64,000 bases of DNA from Vitrella brassicaformis CCMP3155 (taxonomy: Eukaryota > Protista > Chromerida). Positions 15,501 through 26,742 of this stretch are shown here, one piece after another (the stretch's first letter is position 1; every line of letters begins with the position of its first letter). The position numbers and the translations under genes are program-made. The stretch spans positions 1 through 64,000 of the forward strand of contig CDMY01000382.1 of assembly GCA_001179505.1 (NCBI GenBank). Reading direction: 5' to 3'. The notes below the pieces were generated by a model. The model searched no databases. It had not been told where the DNA came from and saw only the letters and a program-made list of their open reading frames with translations.

Positions 15501-16856
15501 AGACATCCACAGCTTGCGGCGGCAACGATGTCTGGTCAGCACCGCCGTATCGCACTGCCCCTGGCTGGTCGACGGTGACTCGGTCAAGCAGGTCGGGCAC
15601 TCTTGGCAGCAGGACGGTGGGTTCGCCGCGGTTGAGTCGTGTGATGAGGGGCAGCAGGGCCAACGGGATGTCGGCAGGCTGATAGAAGGACAGACACGCC
15701 AGCACTATCTGCAGAGAGGCAGGCGGACAGACAGACAGACAGACAGACAGATTACGTCGGTTCTGTACCCAGCCGCCCACGTACCTCACAGATGGATGTG
15801 AGGAGGAGGATGCAGGCCGTCCACAGAAAGAGGGACGACCTGACGGGCAGCTCCAGGAAGGGGTCGGATGCCCGCGGGATGGCCCAGCCGGGCGGCATGA
15901 GGCCGACGGTGAAGGCCAGGACGAAGATGCCCGCCCGCCAGATGCCCTCCACCCCGCCCACCAGCCAGAATCCGCGCAGCCCCAGCCACGACTGCGGCAG
16001 GAACCGCTGATACTCCATTGTGCAGAGCACCAAGGAAAAACCCTGACACACCACAGCAAGGGAGGCACACAGACAGAGATAGAGACAAGTGGACAGAACA
16101 GACACACGCATCGCTTGCATTCGTGTCTGTCTGTCTGTCTGTCTGCCCCACCCACCCATAGGACGAGGATGTACGGGGGGGAGGCCGGCTTGAACCACGA
16201 CAGCAGGGCCAACACCTATACACACAAAACACACAAAGGCAGGGCAGCACATATACCGTATGTATGTCAAGGGGTTTGCACGTCACGTGCCGGCCGGCCG
16301 GCCGGCCACATCGCACCGCACATACCGCAGAGAGACCGCACATGAGCCCGCGGAAGGTCTTCTTGGCCACGTGGACCGGCGACCTGCCGTTGCAGCCATC
16401 CACCAACTTGATCCACGCGCGCACAGGCAGCTCAGGCAGCTGGCTGACCGACTGCCTCGGGTACCTACCTGTCTGGCGGGCTGGAGATGGCTGATGTGTG
16501 CAGCTCGAACCACCGAACCACAAACAGTATCAGACTCAACAAATACCACAACGCGATGCAGCTGCACCGACACCGACACCGACACCGACACACAGCGGAC
16601 GGAGATACACTCACTCAGTCCTTGCCCGCCTGACTGACTGCCTCTCCCTATAGCACTGCAGGCCTTGCCTGCCATCAGTCAGTCAGTCATGCGGCTGACC
16701 TTTCGATAAAGCAGTCGGTTACATATCCATGGGAGATCTGACCAGAAAAGACACAAACACGCCATCGTTGTGCTTTTGGTGGAGCGTGATGGTCCTGCAG
16801 CCATGCCATCTTACCAGCCCATTCGGGCCGCACCAGCCCTCAACAGGTCTGTTCAT
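12565..16856 (-). CDS. Membrane protein: N-terminal TMD0-like multi-TM domain plus three PX (phox homology) domains
   Basis: PX1: HAEYKMLLRLE...FKRYADFAALNSVF...LPPKE...FLDQRRRGLEAYIR...LLNFLG. PX2: YVIYEVVTS...VVKRYREFDILFKKL...PPKLPGK...FYEKRKADLTDWLNQ...LWEFL. PX3: TAYALQL...IERPYRRFEELHCEL...RGCRLEAYLTAIL...LDLFL. N-terminal exons give WCG...TDCFIESCIALWYLLSLILFVVRW...LCTMEYQR...LRGFWLV...LACLSF. Confidence 0.8.
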
Positions 16857-17065
16857 TGTGAGTCCTCCAGTGATCAGCAATGACGGAGCCGGGCTCTAGG
16901 CGCCCGTAACGCGACCCGTTCTCCTTCCTCCTTCTCCCTCGGAGTCCCTCTGCGAGCTCAGCTTGCGGTCAGCGCGTGAGACGGAAGGGATCCCCATCGC
17001 GCCCTGCAAGTCCCGCAGATCATCACAACGATCAGATCTTTGAGTCAGGCTCTGCGGTGCACGAT

Positions 17066-17461
17066 ATGGACTCATCGACAAGCGCCGCAGCTGCCAGCTC
17101 ATCATCCGATTCGTCGCCGCCATCCGTCGGATTCGGCATCTATCGGCGTTCCAAGAAGATCCTCGACCGTCCCGTGGCCTTCCTGGGCATTCGGCTGTCA
17201 AACAGTGTGTTCCTGTGGGTGGGCGACACTGTGCCGAATCATGTCCTCGAGAGCATGCACGTCGCATTCCCCTCACCCCTGCACCTCCATGTGGGCGGCA
17301 AGCGGCTCGAGGCAAAAAGCACAGCTGTCGTCAGGGATGGTGTAATGCTTGGGCAGCGTGTAGGGCTCCATAGTCACGTGAAGCATCAACTGCATTGCAA
17401 CAAGCAGCCAACAGACATGGCAGTGGATGGTGCGATAGACGCATTCGCAGCCCTCACCTGA
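17066..17461 (+). CDS. PSMG4: Proteasome assembly chaperone 4-like protein
   Basis: FLGIRLSNSVFLWVGD...LESMHVAFP...STAVV...LGQRV parallels PAC4 (MRLTDSLFLWVG...LAVAM...STSLL...LAQRL). The C-terminus could involve splicing. Confidence 0.7.
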   Translation: MDSSTSAAAASSSSDSSPPSVGFGIYRRSKKILDRPVAFLGIRLSNSVFLWVGDTVPNHVLESMHVAFPSPLHLHVGGKRLEAKSTAVVRDGVMLGQRVGLHSHVKHQLHCNKQPTDMAVDGAIDAFAALT

Positions 17462-17808
17462 CTGACGCCGGGCGTGCTGTGGCGGCCGGCGAACAAAAGC
17501 ACAATCTGACATGCACACACAGGGCACACAGACGTGCACATCTGCAAGGATGACAGGCGTCATGCAAGTGTGTCCGCTCTCACCCGCTCGATGCCAAATA
17601 CGATGGCCGAAGCCGGCTGCCACCACGAGCAGCTCAGCAGCACTCAGAAACGGACCGGACAGCAGCTGCAAAGACACAGACAGCAGATCTTGGCGATGCA
17701 AGTCAACAGAAGCTCTTCTCTCTTCACACACGCGCCACTCACCTCGCGAACGCGAAAAAACTTTCTTGCGAGCTCAATCGAGATCCGCACGCTGAGATCT
17801 GGTGAGTT

Positions 17809-18562
17809 ATGAGCAGTGGTGACGTGTGTGAGGAGCAGGCCATGGAGTTGGACACACTGGACTCCATCTTCGGGTGCTTCGAGAATGAGTTCACTGTCGT
17901 CAGCCGCACGCCGCCTGTACACCTGCAGTTTCGCATTCCAGACCCTGACGAACCGGTCAGTAGCCGAGCCGAGAGAAGCGCGACAAAAAACTGACTTGCA
18001 TCTTCGTTCGTTTGGCTGCGTTTGTGCGTTTGTTTCTCAGAGTCACTTCTTCTTGCTTTCTGTGACGTGGCCTGAGGGTTATCCCGCAGCTGAGCCGCCA
18101 TCTTTCGACCTGCCCACCAGCCCCGCCAACAGCCGGCTCGACCAGCCAACACGCCAAAAGATCCTCGACTTCCTCACTGCAAAGGCGGCTGACATGGTTG
18201 GCGAGCAGATGACGTTCGCTCTCATCTCTGACCTGAAGGACGAGGGCTTCGAGCAGCTCTCTCTTCGCGAGATATGGGAGGAGAGGAGCCTATGGGAGAG
18301 TCGGGAGGCGGCAGGCAACGCAGCGGCGGCCGATGGGCCAGAGGAGAATGGGCATGTGGATGGCTCGAGAGCTGCTGGCGGTGATGGCAGGGACGGTGCT
18401 GAGGTGCCTGACATGAGGCACCTGACCAAGAACCAGAAGCGGACGATGTGGAAGCATGCTGTGGGCGGGGAGATCAACGCGAGGAGGCGGGGATGGAACT
18501 GGGTTGATATCATTAGCCATCTGAGCAAGACGGGCGCACCGACAGAAAACAGTGGGGGCTGA
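17809..18562 (+). CDS. RWDD4: RWD domain protein, RWDD4-like (2 exons)
   Basis: EEQAMELDTLDSIF, VTWPEGYPAAEPP, VGEQMTFALI, and the characteristic C-terminus LTKNQKR...RGWNWVDIISHLSKTG. Confidence 0.85.
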
Positions 18563-18750
18563 TGTATAATGTGTGTGGGTGTGAGTGTGCTCAAGTTGTG
18601 GCGACTGTTGATGAGACTGATTGCACGCATTTGACGGTAATATGCTGCAGTCGTTGCTGCCCCCGCATTTCGCATCCCCCACACACGAGCGCTCTGTGCG
18701 TCCATCAACACACACACACAGACATGCTCACACACTTTGCACCGGGGCAG

Positions 18751-21583
18751 TCATGTCGCCGCGGCAGGTTTGTTGTGACTTCCGAGGCGGGACGACCTCC
18801 GCCGCGTCACGTGATGGCCCTTGTCGCCATGATGGTGGTGCTGGTGGTGGTGGTGTGCTTTCCAGCCGGTGACGTGCTGTAGTCGATCGGCCCGCTCATT
18901 TGCAGTAAGCGGCCTCTCTGGCTGCATCCCACACTTATCCCTCGCGTCCTCTGTCAGCTTTACCATGTCCTGGTCACTCACACGCCACCACCTGCACACA
19001 GACAGTGATGACCTCTTTCTTGACGAGGTATCACTGACTTGGTTGGGGGCTTTGGTCTTTCGATGCTGAGGGATTTGAATGTCTTCTCGCGCAGCTCGTC
19101 GCTCTCGCGCCGATCTCTCACGGTGGGTGTGGCAGCCACAAAGGCGTCGGCAATCTCCCGGTACCTGCACCCGTTCGTGGACAAGTAGGTGGATCAACAA
19201 ATGTGTCTCCATCCCTCCCTTACTGGTATGGCCCACCTCTGCATTTCCGAGTTGTGCTCTCGCATCTGTCCCATGTACTCCCTTTTCCTTCTTATGTAGG
19301 CCGCCTGCAGCACAGACACACAACACAACAGCACCGAATACTACAGCAGCATCAAGCCTCTGTCCGGTCACCTGCAGCGCGCTCTCCCGGGCTTTCGGCG
19401 GAAGAGGCGCATGCAGGGCGTCGATCTTCATGGCGACAGAGGCGTGCATCTTCTCGTGCTCGGTTCCTGCGTGTATGGTGTGGATTCTGGCGGGGCCGCC
19501 CTTCCCGTTGCCCTCTCCTCCGTGTGGCTCGTGGTGGTCAAGTGTCGGGGCCCGCTGGCGGTCCTCTCTTTCCTTCTCCTTTTTGCGGATGGCGGCCTGA
19601 CACACAACGAATGCATCTTCTCGTCACTAGACGGTCAGCCAGTGCATGCAGGCCCTGTCTCTAGGCGAGTGTCTCACCCAAGCCCTTTTCCGCTCATAGT
19701 CCACCATGGCCGCCTCCACACGCATCCTGAACAAACCGAAGACACCCATCCTCTCGTGTGTGCTGTGGTGACGTGTCTCCTTCCCAAGCTGGCCCGCCTC
19801 ACTCACCATGTGTGTCTCATCTGATCGATGCGGCATGCCCGCATCACACTGCAGAAGCGGAGCTCCCGTTGAAGCAAAGCCACGCTTGCAAAAACAGGGA
19901 GAGGAAGGTGATATTCAGGCCGCTGGCAGAGGCCAGCCAAATGGGTTTGTGACTCGCATCGCGTACGTGCGATGCATTCGCTTGCTGCCGTGATAGAATG
20001 CGTGCCACAGCCTGTCCCTTCGCAGGGATAACACAAACAAAACCGCCCCCACACACGATTCCCTAAAGCGCCGCTGGTACGTGCCCTCCAAAGTCTGCAC
20101 GCACCACAGACAGACAGACAGACACCGAAGCGACACCGTGTCTCTGCTTGCACAGGCCTCACCTGCATGGCAAGAATGGCAACCATCCACGTCAACCAAG
20201 AGCACTCGAACTTTCGAGCCACCCGAGTGTCGCTCCCTCTGCGCCAGCTCCTCACAGCAAGAGATAAGAGACCCGAAAACCTCCTCAGAAAGGCCGTGTG
20301 GCGCCTGCAGCCAGCATGACCGACAAATCGAGCTGACTGATTTGCTGTGTGTACCTCATAATTTCTTCCAGGAAGATCCCATGCACAGAAGCGACAAGGA
20401 AGTCTTTGTCGGGCTCATGGAATAACTGAGGGCCCAAATCCTCCCCACTGACACTCCGCCGCGCCCTGCCCGGCCCCAACAGACGCTCTCTCAACACGTT
20501 CATAGGCAGCAAATGGTCTCCTGTCGCCTCGAGATGCCTTATCTCTTGCCCATACAGTGCCCTCAGGCCGATTCCCCTGTCCCCACCCACCACCTCCTGA
20601 TGTCTCCTCCAGAACTGAGCCAGCCGATAGAGCCGCTCCTGTCTCCTCTGCGCCCTCTTGCGCAGCCTGGCATCCCACAGACGCTGGAAAAGGATGTCCT
20701 GCTGCATGCGGATCCGCTGTGCTCGTGCCTTGGGCTGCATACAGGTGATGTCTGGGCGGTGTGATGCTCTCGACTGGGAGGGGGTCGGTTTGGGAGGGCG
20801 GGCGTGGAGGGGGATGTCCTTTGGGAGCTGGTGAGGCAGGTAGTAGTCGCGAGACTTGGCCTTGAACGCCAGTTGTTTGCAGTCGATTATCGGGCAGCTT
20901 GCGTAGGACACCATGCGGAGCTCCGGCAGCCTCTCTTCATCGTTGGCCACCCTGCATGATGCAGATCAACAGAGAGAGACGCTCCTTGCACTGCATGGCT
21001 GGCGTCGTCACCTGTCTTTCGTCTTGAGGATTTTGGTGCCCAGCACCTTCTGCAGTTTCTTGGTCCCTCCCTCGAGAACGGGCATGGGCAGGTCATCCTC
21101 AGACCCATAGCCCCACGGCACCGATGTCGACGCTCTCCTCGTCTCGGCCCTCTGCACCTTGGCCGGCACTGGCGTAACTGTCTCTTGGGACTCGGGGTGT
21201 CTCACCATGACGCCATCGAATAACTGTAGCTGCATCCTCGCGTGGTGCATCTGGTCCTGCAGTGCAAGCAGCCCCTCGCTGAAACTCACACGTGTCCCCT
21301 CGCGCGACACCAGTCGAGAGCTGCCCTTGGGAGGAAACTGCCTCGAGGCGCCCTTGACAAGGCTGGGTACTAGGGCAGCCTCGAGGGCGCGGCCAGCCTT
21401 GTCCATGGATGTGGCTGCCTTGATGTTCCATTTCGCACTGCCGGAATAGATCCCCGTGAGGAGGGCGGGAGTGGTCTTTGTGATGCGGAGGGTTTGCGTT
21501 AGTTGGGTGCCGAGGGATGCAGTGGGGGAGGATGCACCGGTGGTGGTGCGGCGGGAATCCCTCCGCTCAATGCGGCGGATCAT
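18751..21583 (-). CDS. Hypothetical large basic protein with His-rich C-terminus
   Basis: ATG at 21583 follows an in-frame TAA. Long coding-like exons (MIRRIERR..., VANDEERLPEL..., ECIARTRCESQ..., AAIRKKEKER..., WWRVSDQDMVK...HHHHQHHHH...AAT*) are separated by GT-AG introns. No family recognised. Confidence 0.6.
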
Positions 21584-21680
21584 GGTTTACGACGAGGCGT
21601 GTGTGGTCCCGAGTGAGGGACGAACAGATGGTCATCATCTCGCCTGAGCTTGCAGACATTGCAGATCTGTCCGAGTCTCT

Positions 21681-23574
21681 CTACGTGTCTACTGTCTCTT
21701 CTGCTGGCACAGATCTACCCAGCCCCTCCTCTCGCTGCTTCCTTGCCCTCCGTTTGGTCTGCAGATAGCGCCTTTCTTGGCGCTTGATGACACGCCGAAT
21801 GCTACCCATCCCCGCAGAGTGAAGGGCAGCCACCACATGCCGCAGCAGAATCCTCTGCACGAAGACACGTTGGCACGCGAAGACGTCGCACAGCTTGGCC
21901 GCCACATGCAGTGACACCAGCCTCCTGGAATCGCAAACACACACATCCATGTAATAAATACAAGTCACTGTCAGTGGAGTGCGCGTGTCCTTGATTGTCG
22001 CTCACTTACAGGAGGGCGCTTTGCAGACCACGGTCCTTCTTGTAGACGGCCGGGGCCGTCCACGCATGGCCCCTGCCTTCGACCAGTCTCACCTCGGCCA
22101 GGAGGGAGTCGCCACTCGCCAGGAACTCTTTCTTGTCTGCTTCGTAAAGGTCTACCAGATGGCCCCTCGTCCACAGAGGGCGCTTGTCAATGCGTGCCAG
22201 GTACGTGCCCCCCCAACACACCCATCCCGTCGACAATGTGTCGTTTTCAGCAGCGGGGTAGTTGTAGGGGAAGGGCAGGCCGTGGGTCGAGAAGTAGCTG
22301 TCGAGATGCTCATGGCAAAGCGACTCCGCCAACCGCACGACGGTCCGGGCATCCATAGAGGGGTCCGCCAGGATGGCACCAAGAATCGTCTTCCAGATGT
22401 TGCGGTAGAAGCCTAGAGCTATGCTGCCCTCCGCCGCAATCTGCCAGCCGTCAGGCGTCATCTTCCTTTTCAGCAGCATGCTGGAGCCGTCAAGGGTGCT
22501 CTCCCAGGTCTTGTCTTTCGCGATCTCTCCCTCGTCCTGTCGCCTCGTTAGCAGACAATAGTCCAGAGTCGATCCACCCATGTCTACAGTGACCATGTGA
22601 TCGACGTCGGAGTGCTGCGAGTCGTTGAGGGCGGCGGTGAGGAAGCCACACGCCGAAAGTCTTGCCTCGAGCGTCGGTGCCAGGCGGAAGACCGTCAGGC
22701 CGAGCCTGCCTCGTGCAACGTCGGCAAAGTCTTTGAACAGATCCACGGTGCACCGCAGGTCACCTGTGGCAAAGGCCAGCACTCGCTTAGATTAGAGGGA
22801 AAAACAGAAAGCCAAAATGGCGATGTGTGTCTGGCGATGGTATGTCACGTTTGTTTGTGTCAGTCTGTCTTCTTGGTTTCTCACCTCTGGCCGCAGACCC
22901 CACAGCTCGCGATGTGTCCGGAGCATCTTTTGGATCTTGTTGACAAGGGTGTTCCGCTGCAAGCGCCATCTCTTGCTGTTGACATAAGCAGCGTCAGGCC
23001 CCTCACGGAATATGGAGAGGGTATTCAGGAGGACCGTCTCCTTCATCGATTCACGACCACCATACGTCATATTCTCGCCTGACCTGGACGACCTGGACGC
23101 ACAACAACAAACAACACACATGCGCTGGGCGCTTGCATCGTTCACTTCGGCTCACCTCCATATGCCCCTCACTTCGTCCAGGACAGCGTGAGGGTCACGT
23201 ATTGTCATGAGTCGGATGCCTCGAGAGCCGATCTCCAGCACACCTCCCCACGCCCCATCACCCTCCTTAGCCGTGTCAGCCCCTCTCTGCTGACTGCGCT
23301 GACCCATCTTACTCCCGGGTGGCTGCCGCCGCGCCGCTCTATGTTGTGTTCTGATGTCATAGCTGGCCAAAGGCGGTTGCGAAGCCGTGTTTCCCGATTG
23401 ACATACGAGTCGTAGATGCCTTCTGCACAAGGCTGAGGGGAACGATGAGCGTCGGCGGCACGGGCTGAAGCTGAAGTAGCCGTGGGAAAGGCCGATGTGC
23501 AGGTACAGGAACAAAAGGCTGAAGGAGCGCCTGAGTCCCCGATGATAGATCTGGTGCTGTGCAGGCTGTCCCAT
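21681..23574 (-). CDS. Ppx/GppA-family phosphatase (ASKHA fold), 4 exons, possible N-terminal targeting presequence
   Basis: Ordered motifs VLEIGSRGIRL (cf. DIGSNSIRL), KETVLL (KETVRL), RVLAFATGDLR (RAVATAALR), LGLTVFRLAPTLEARLSACG (TGLEVEVISGEEEARLIYLG), VDMGGSTLD (IDIGGGSTE), GSIALG (SLPLG). Exon phases are consistent. Confidence 0.78.
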
Positions 23575-23942
23575 TCGGTCTGCATCCTCCGACAAAGCGC
23601 TCTTCGCGTTGAGTTAACTCCCCCTTGCAGATGAAGGGATGGATGAACGACGACTTGGCAAGCCAGTGGTTGGCCTTCACAGCCCTTCCCAGCCGTCTCT
23701 GCTACTGCCTCTGACGAAAACAGGACGAAACAGCAGGGTTTAGGGTCAAGGGTTTGGGGGGTGGCGGGTGGACGAGGAACGCAGGAAAGGTGCGCCACTG
23801 CGTCTGGTGGAGCTGCGTTAGCGGTCGGCACCAGCTCGGTTGTGGTCAATTGACGGGTATCGTATCGGCGTTGGGGTGTTCCGCTTCCTTGTTCTTCAAG
23901 TTGCCGCCGGCTATCGAGGGCAACTTCTTGGACTCTATTGCC

Positions 23943-24466
23943 GCCGAGAAGGGGAACTTCTTTGTCGGATTCGCCAAATACGGACATTGGAAGGTACGAT
24001 CGTCAAGGGATCGGCGATACGGTCGACAAGGGATCGGGGGGAGTTGAGAGACGGTCCAATGGTCCAGGAAGACAGAGAGGCGTTCAGATTAGAGAGGCAG
24101 GGCTGCCTGAGCTGTCAACGTTTGAGTCTGACCGAAGGAAGTCGTGTCTCACCCACTTGCACCGGGAGTGCACGCTTCACTGTGTGGTCGTTGTGTGTGT
24201 GTGTGTGTTGTGTGCAGCTGAAGTTGGTACTCGTACGCACAAGCAGTGCCGGTCGCATTTCCAGAAGACCTTCCTCTACTCACTGCCCGAAACCGAGCGC
24301 CAGGAGGTGGGCAGGGAGGGCGACGCGACACACACGGGAGGGCGGGGAGAGGGAGAGAGGCGCTTTGCAATGGAATCCCTCAACCAGTCGTGTGTGTGGT
24401 CTGTGTGTGGTGGCGTCTGTGCAGCGCGCCCAGCAGTTTATCCAGCAGGAGTTGGAGCGTACGTGA
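23943..24466 (+). pseudogene. Degenerate partial upstream duplicate of the MYB gene's central exons and introns
   Basis: Near-identical to 24769-25172 (AEKxNFFVGFAKYGH, AEVGTRTHKQCRSHFQKTF, RAQQFIQQELER, including introns). It has lost the Trp of the first helix, carries an insertion of about 85-90 nt, has the donor GT changed to GG, and ends ELERT* at 24464-24466. Confidence 0.65.
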
Positions 24467-25602
24467 TGGCTGAGCAGGGTGCTTATCCCCCCGTCGAGCA
24501 TCCCCCTATGGATGCGGCGGCGGCGGCGGCGGCGGCGGCTGGTGCCGTGATGAAGCACCCGGACGAGGCGCTGGTGCTGGCTCATTCGGCGACGATGTAT
24601 AGCGGGGGGGAAATGGCCATGCCTGAGCAGGAAGCCTTGCATGACGCCATGGACGAGGAGGAGTATCGGCCGGAGATGCCCATCCCGCGACCCTCTCACA
24701 CTCACAGGCGCAAGGCTTCTGATAGGTTGCGCAGTGGCGGTCCGCCCTCCACGGGGGCGTGGTCGGTGGCCGAGAAGTGGAACTTCTTTGTCGGATTCGC
24801 CAAATATGGACATTCTTGGGTTCAGGTGGCAGGTATGCATCTGACCTGACCGGAGGAAGTCGTGGGTCAGTCACTGTGTGGTGTGGTATGCTCGTCTGGT
24901 TGTGTGTGGGTGTGTGTTGTGTGCAGCTGAAGTCGGTACTCGTACGCACAAGCAGTGCCGCTCGCATTTCCAGAAGACCTTCCTCTACTCACTGCCCGAG
25001 ACCGAGCGCCAGGAGGTGGGCAGGGAGGGCGACACGACACACACGGGAGGGCGGGGAGAGGGAGAGAGGCGCTTTGCAATGGAATCCATCAACCAGTCGT
25101 GTGTGTGTGGTCTGTGTGTGGTGGGGCGTGTATGCAGCGCGCCCAGCAGTTCATCCAGCAGGAGTTGGAGCGGAACCGCGGCCAGCCCCCCCTTGAGCTG
25201 ACCGACCTGTCGGCCCCTGCTGCGTCCAACCCCCTGCTCAAGACGAGCGGCGACCCCAGTGGCGGCCGCCACCGTGCTGACAGCGACAAGCCCGACTTCC
25301 GCCCCATCCGCCGCACATCGTCCAGCACCAACAGAGGGACGGCAGCTGATGGCGATGACGAGCTCATGGAGGATGCGAAGGGTCCCAGCAGCGATGACTC
25401 TGAGGCCGCGAAGCCGGAGAGGCGAGCAGCTGTGCGTGGGAGGGGGAGGGGTGGTGGTGTGAGGGGAGGGAGGGGTGGGAAAGGGCTTGCGGCTGGTCGC
25501 GGTGGGGCGAGGAAAGGTGGCAAGAAGGGGCGAGGGAAAGGCAAGAGACGTGGGGGAAGGAAGAAGACGGGGACTTCGTTGCATGACTTGTCTTCTTGTT
25601 GA
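24466..25602 (+). CDS. Single-repeat MYB/SANT protein of SHAQKYF-like class with RGG/K-rich tail (3 exons)
   Basis: WSVAEKWNFFVGFAKYGHSWVQVAAEVGTRTHKQCRSHFQKTF matches the MYB-related consensus (W...F..G..KYG..W..IA..VGTRT..Q.RSHAQKYF). The C-terminus is GRG/RGG and Lys rich. Confidence 0.8.
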
Positions 25603-25862
25603 AAGGCTTCACGGACTTTCTAAGTGCTTGACGCATACATGTACTCCTGAATGCTCTGATTCATTCATACATGTGTCCATCCACGCGCAGAAGCAACTGC
25701 ACCCGAGATGGCGGGCGAGTTGAGCGAAGGGAAGGAGGGGAAGGAGGAAAAAAGGGGAAGAGGGGAGAGACTGAGTGGGGGCTTTGGGGGGCGATCGCGA
25801 GTCCTTCGTCGGTCGTGGAAACACAAGCCTTCGGTCGTGCCTTAGGCTGGTCTGTGTGCATC

Positions 25863-26709
25863 ATGTGTGGCGTCGCTGCCGTGTTGGGCTTTGTTTTTGT
25901 GTCATCTGCAATGGCTGGAGTTGCCAAGGACATCCACCTCCACTCCACAGTCACCGACAGTGCAACGAACCTCACAGGTCCTGCGCACCTCCCATCTGCA
26001 GATCATGCATTGCCAAATGTACGTATCCATGCATTTTCAGCGCCCGCAGAGCTTCTGAGCGAAGCGGCCGCTGCCAAGGCAGGGGTGCAGGAGTCTCGTA
26101 CGACGGGTGACAAATCACTCGAGGGCGACGCAATGCTCGTGCTGGACCTTGACGCGGTCAGTGGACCTGCGGCCAGCACCACACACAGACAAAACACCCG
26201 ACTGATTAAGACCGTAAGACCGCGTGTGTGTCTCTGTGTGATTCCTGGCTGCAGCCCCACGGCTGTGAGGCACCGGCGGGCAACCAGGGGTGGGTTCATT
26301 GGCTCGTCACAGACATGAGCGAAAAGGAGCGCCAGAGTGAGCGAAGCGTACGTGTCTCCTTCCAGAAGGTCTCATGGTTGGTTGGTTGGTTGGTTGTGTT
26401 GGGTTGGTTTGCAGGTTGCCCCGAGGGCAGCAAGGCGGTGTCTCTTGGTGACCAGCACGCCTTCGGCTGTCAGGTCATCCCATACAAGGGACCCAGTCCA
26501 CCCAGCGGCACCGTAATACAGACAGACAGACAGACAGGCAGAAGACATCCCCATTCACTCTCTTTTCTCCTGTCCATGGGTTCTGACAGCATCGGTACGT
26601 GGTGTACGTCTTCCAGTCTGATGTGGCGGGAGAGCTCAAGGGCAAACTCGCAACCAACAATGACAAAGCGAGAGAAGTCGCCGACTGGAAGAGGTCAGCC
26701 CTACCAACC

Positions 26710-26742
<33 letters not shown>

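Noticed and set aside
21979-23300. Assignment of the ASKHA protein as Hsp70/actin or apicomplexan-type NTPDase (GDA1/CD39)
   Set aside because: The motif set xIGSxxIRL / ATxxLR / EARL..G / DxGG matches Ppx/GppA, not the NTPDase ACR motifs (DAGS.GTR, ATAGMR, EG.Y) or Hsp70 (GIDLGTT).
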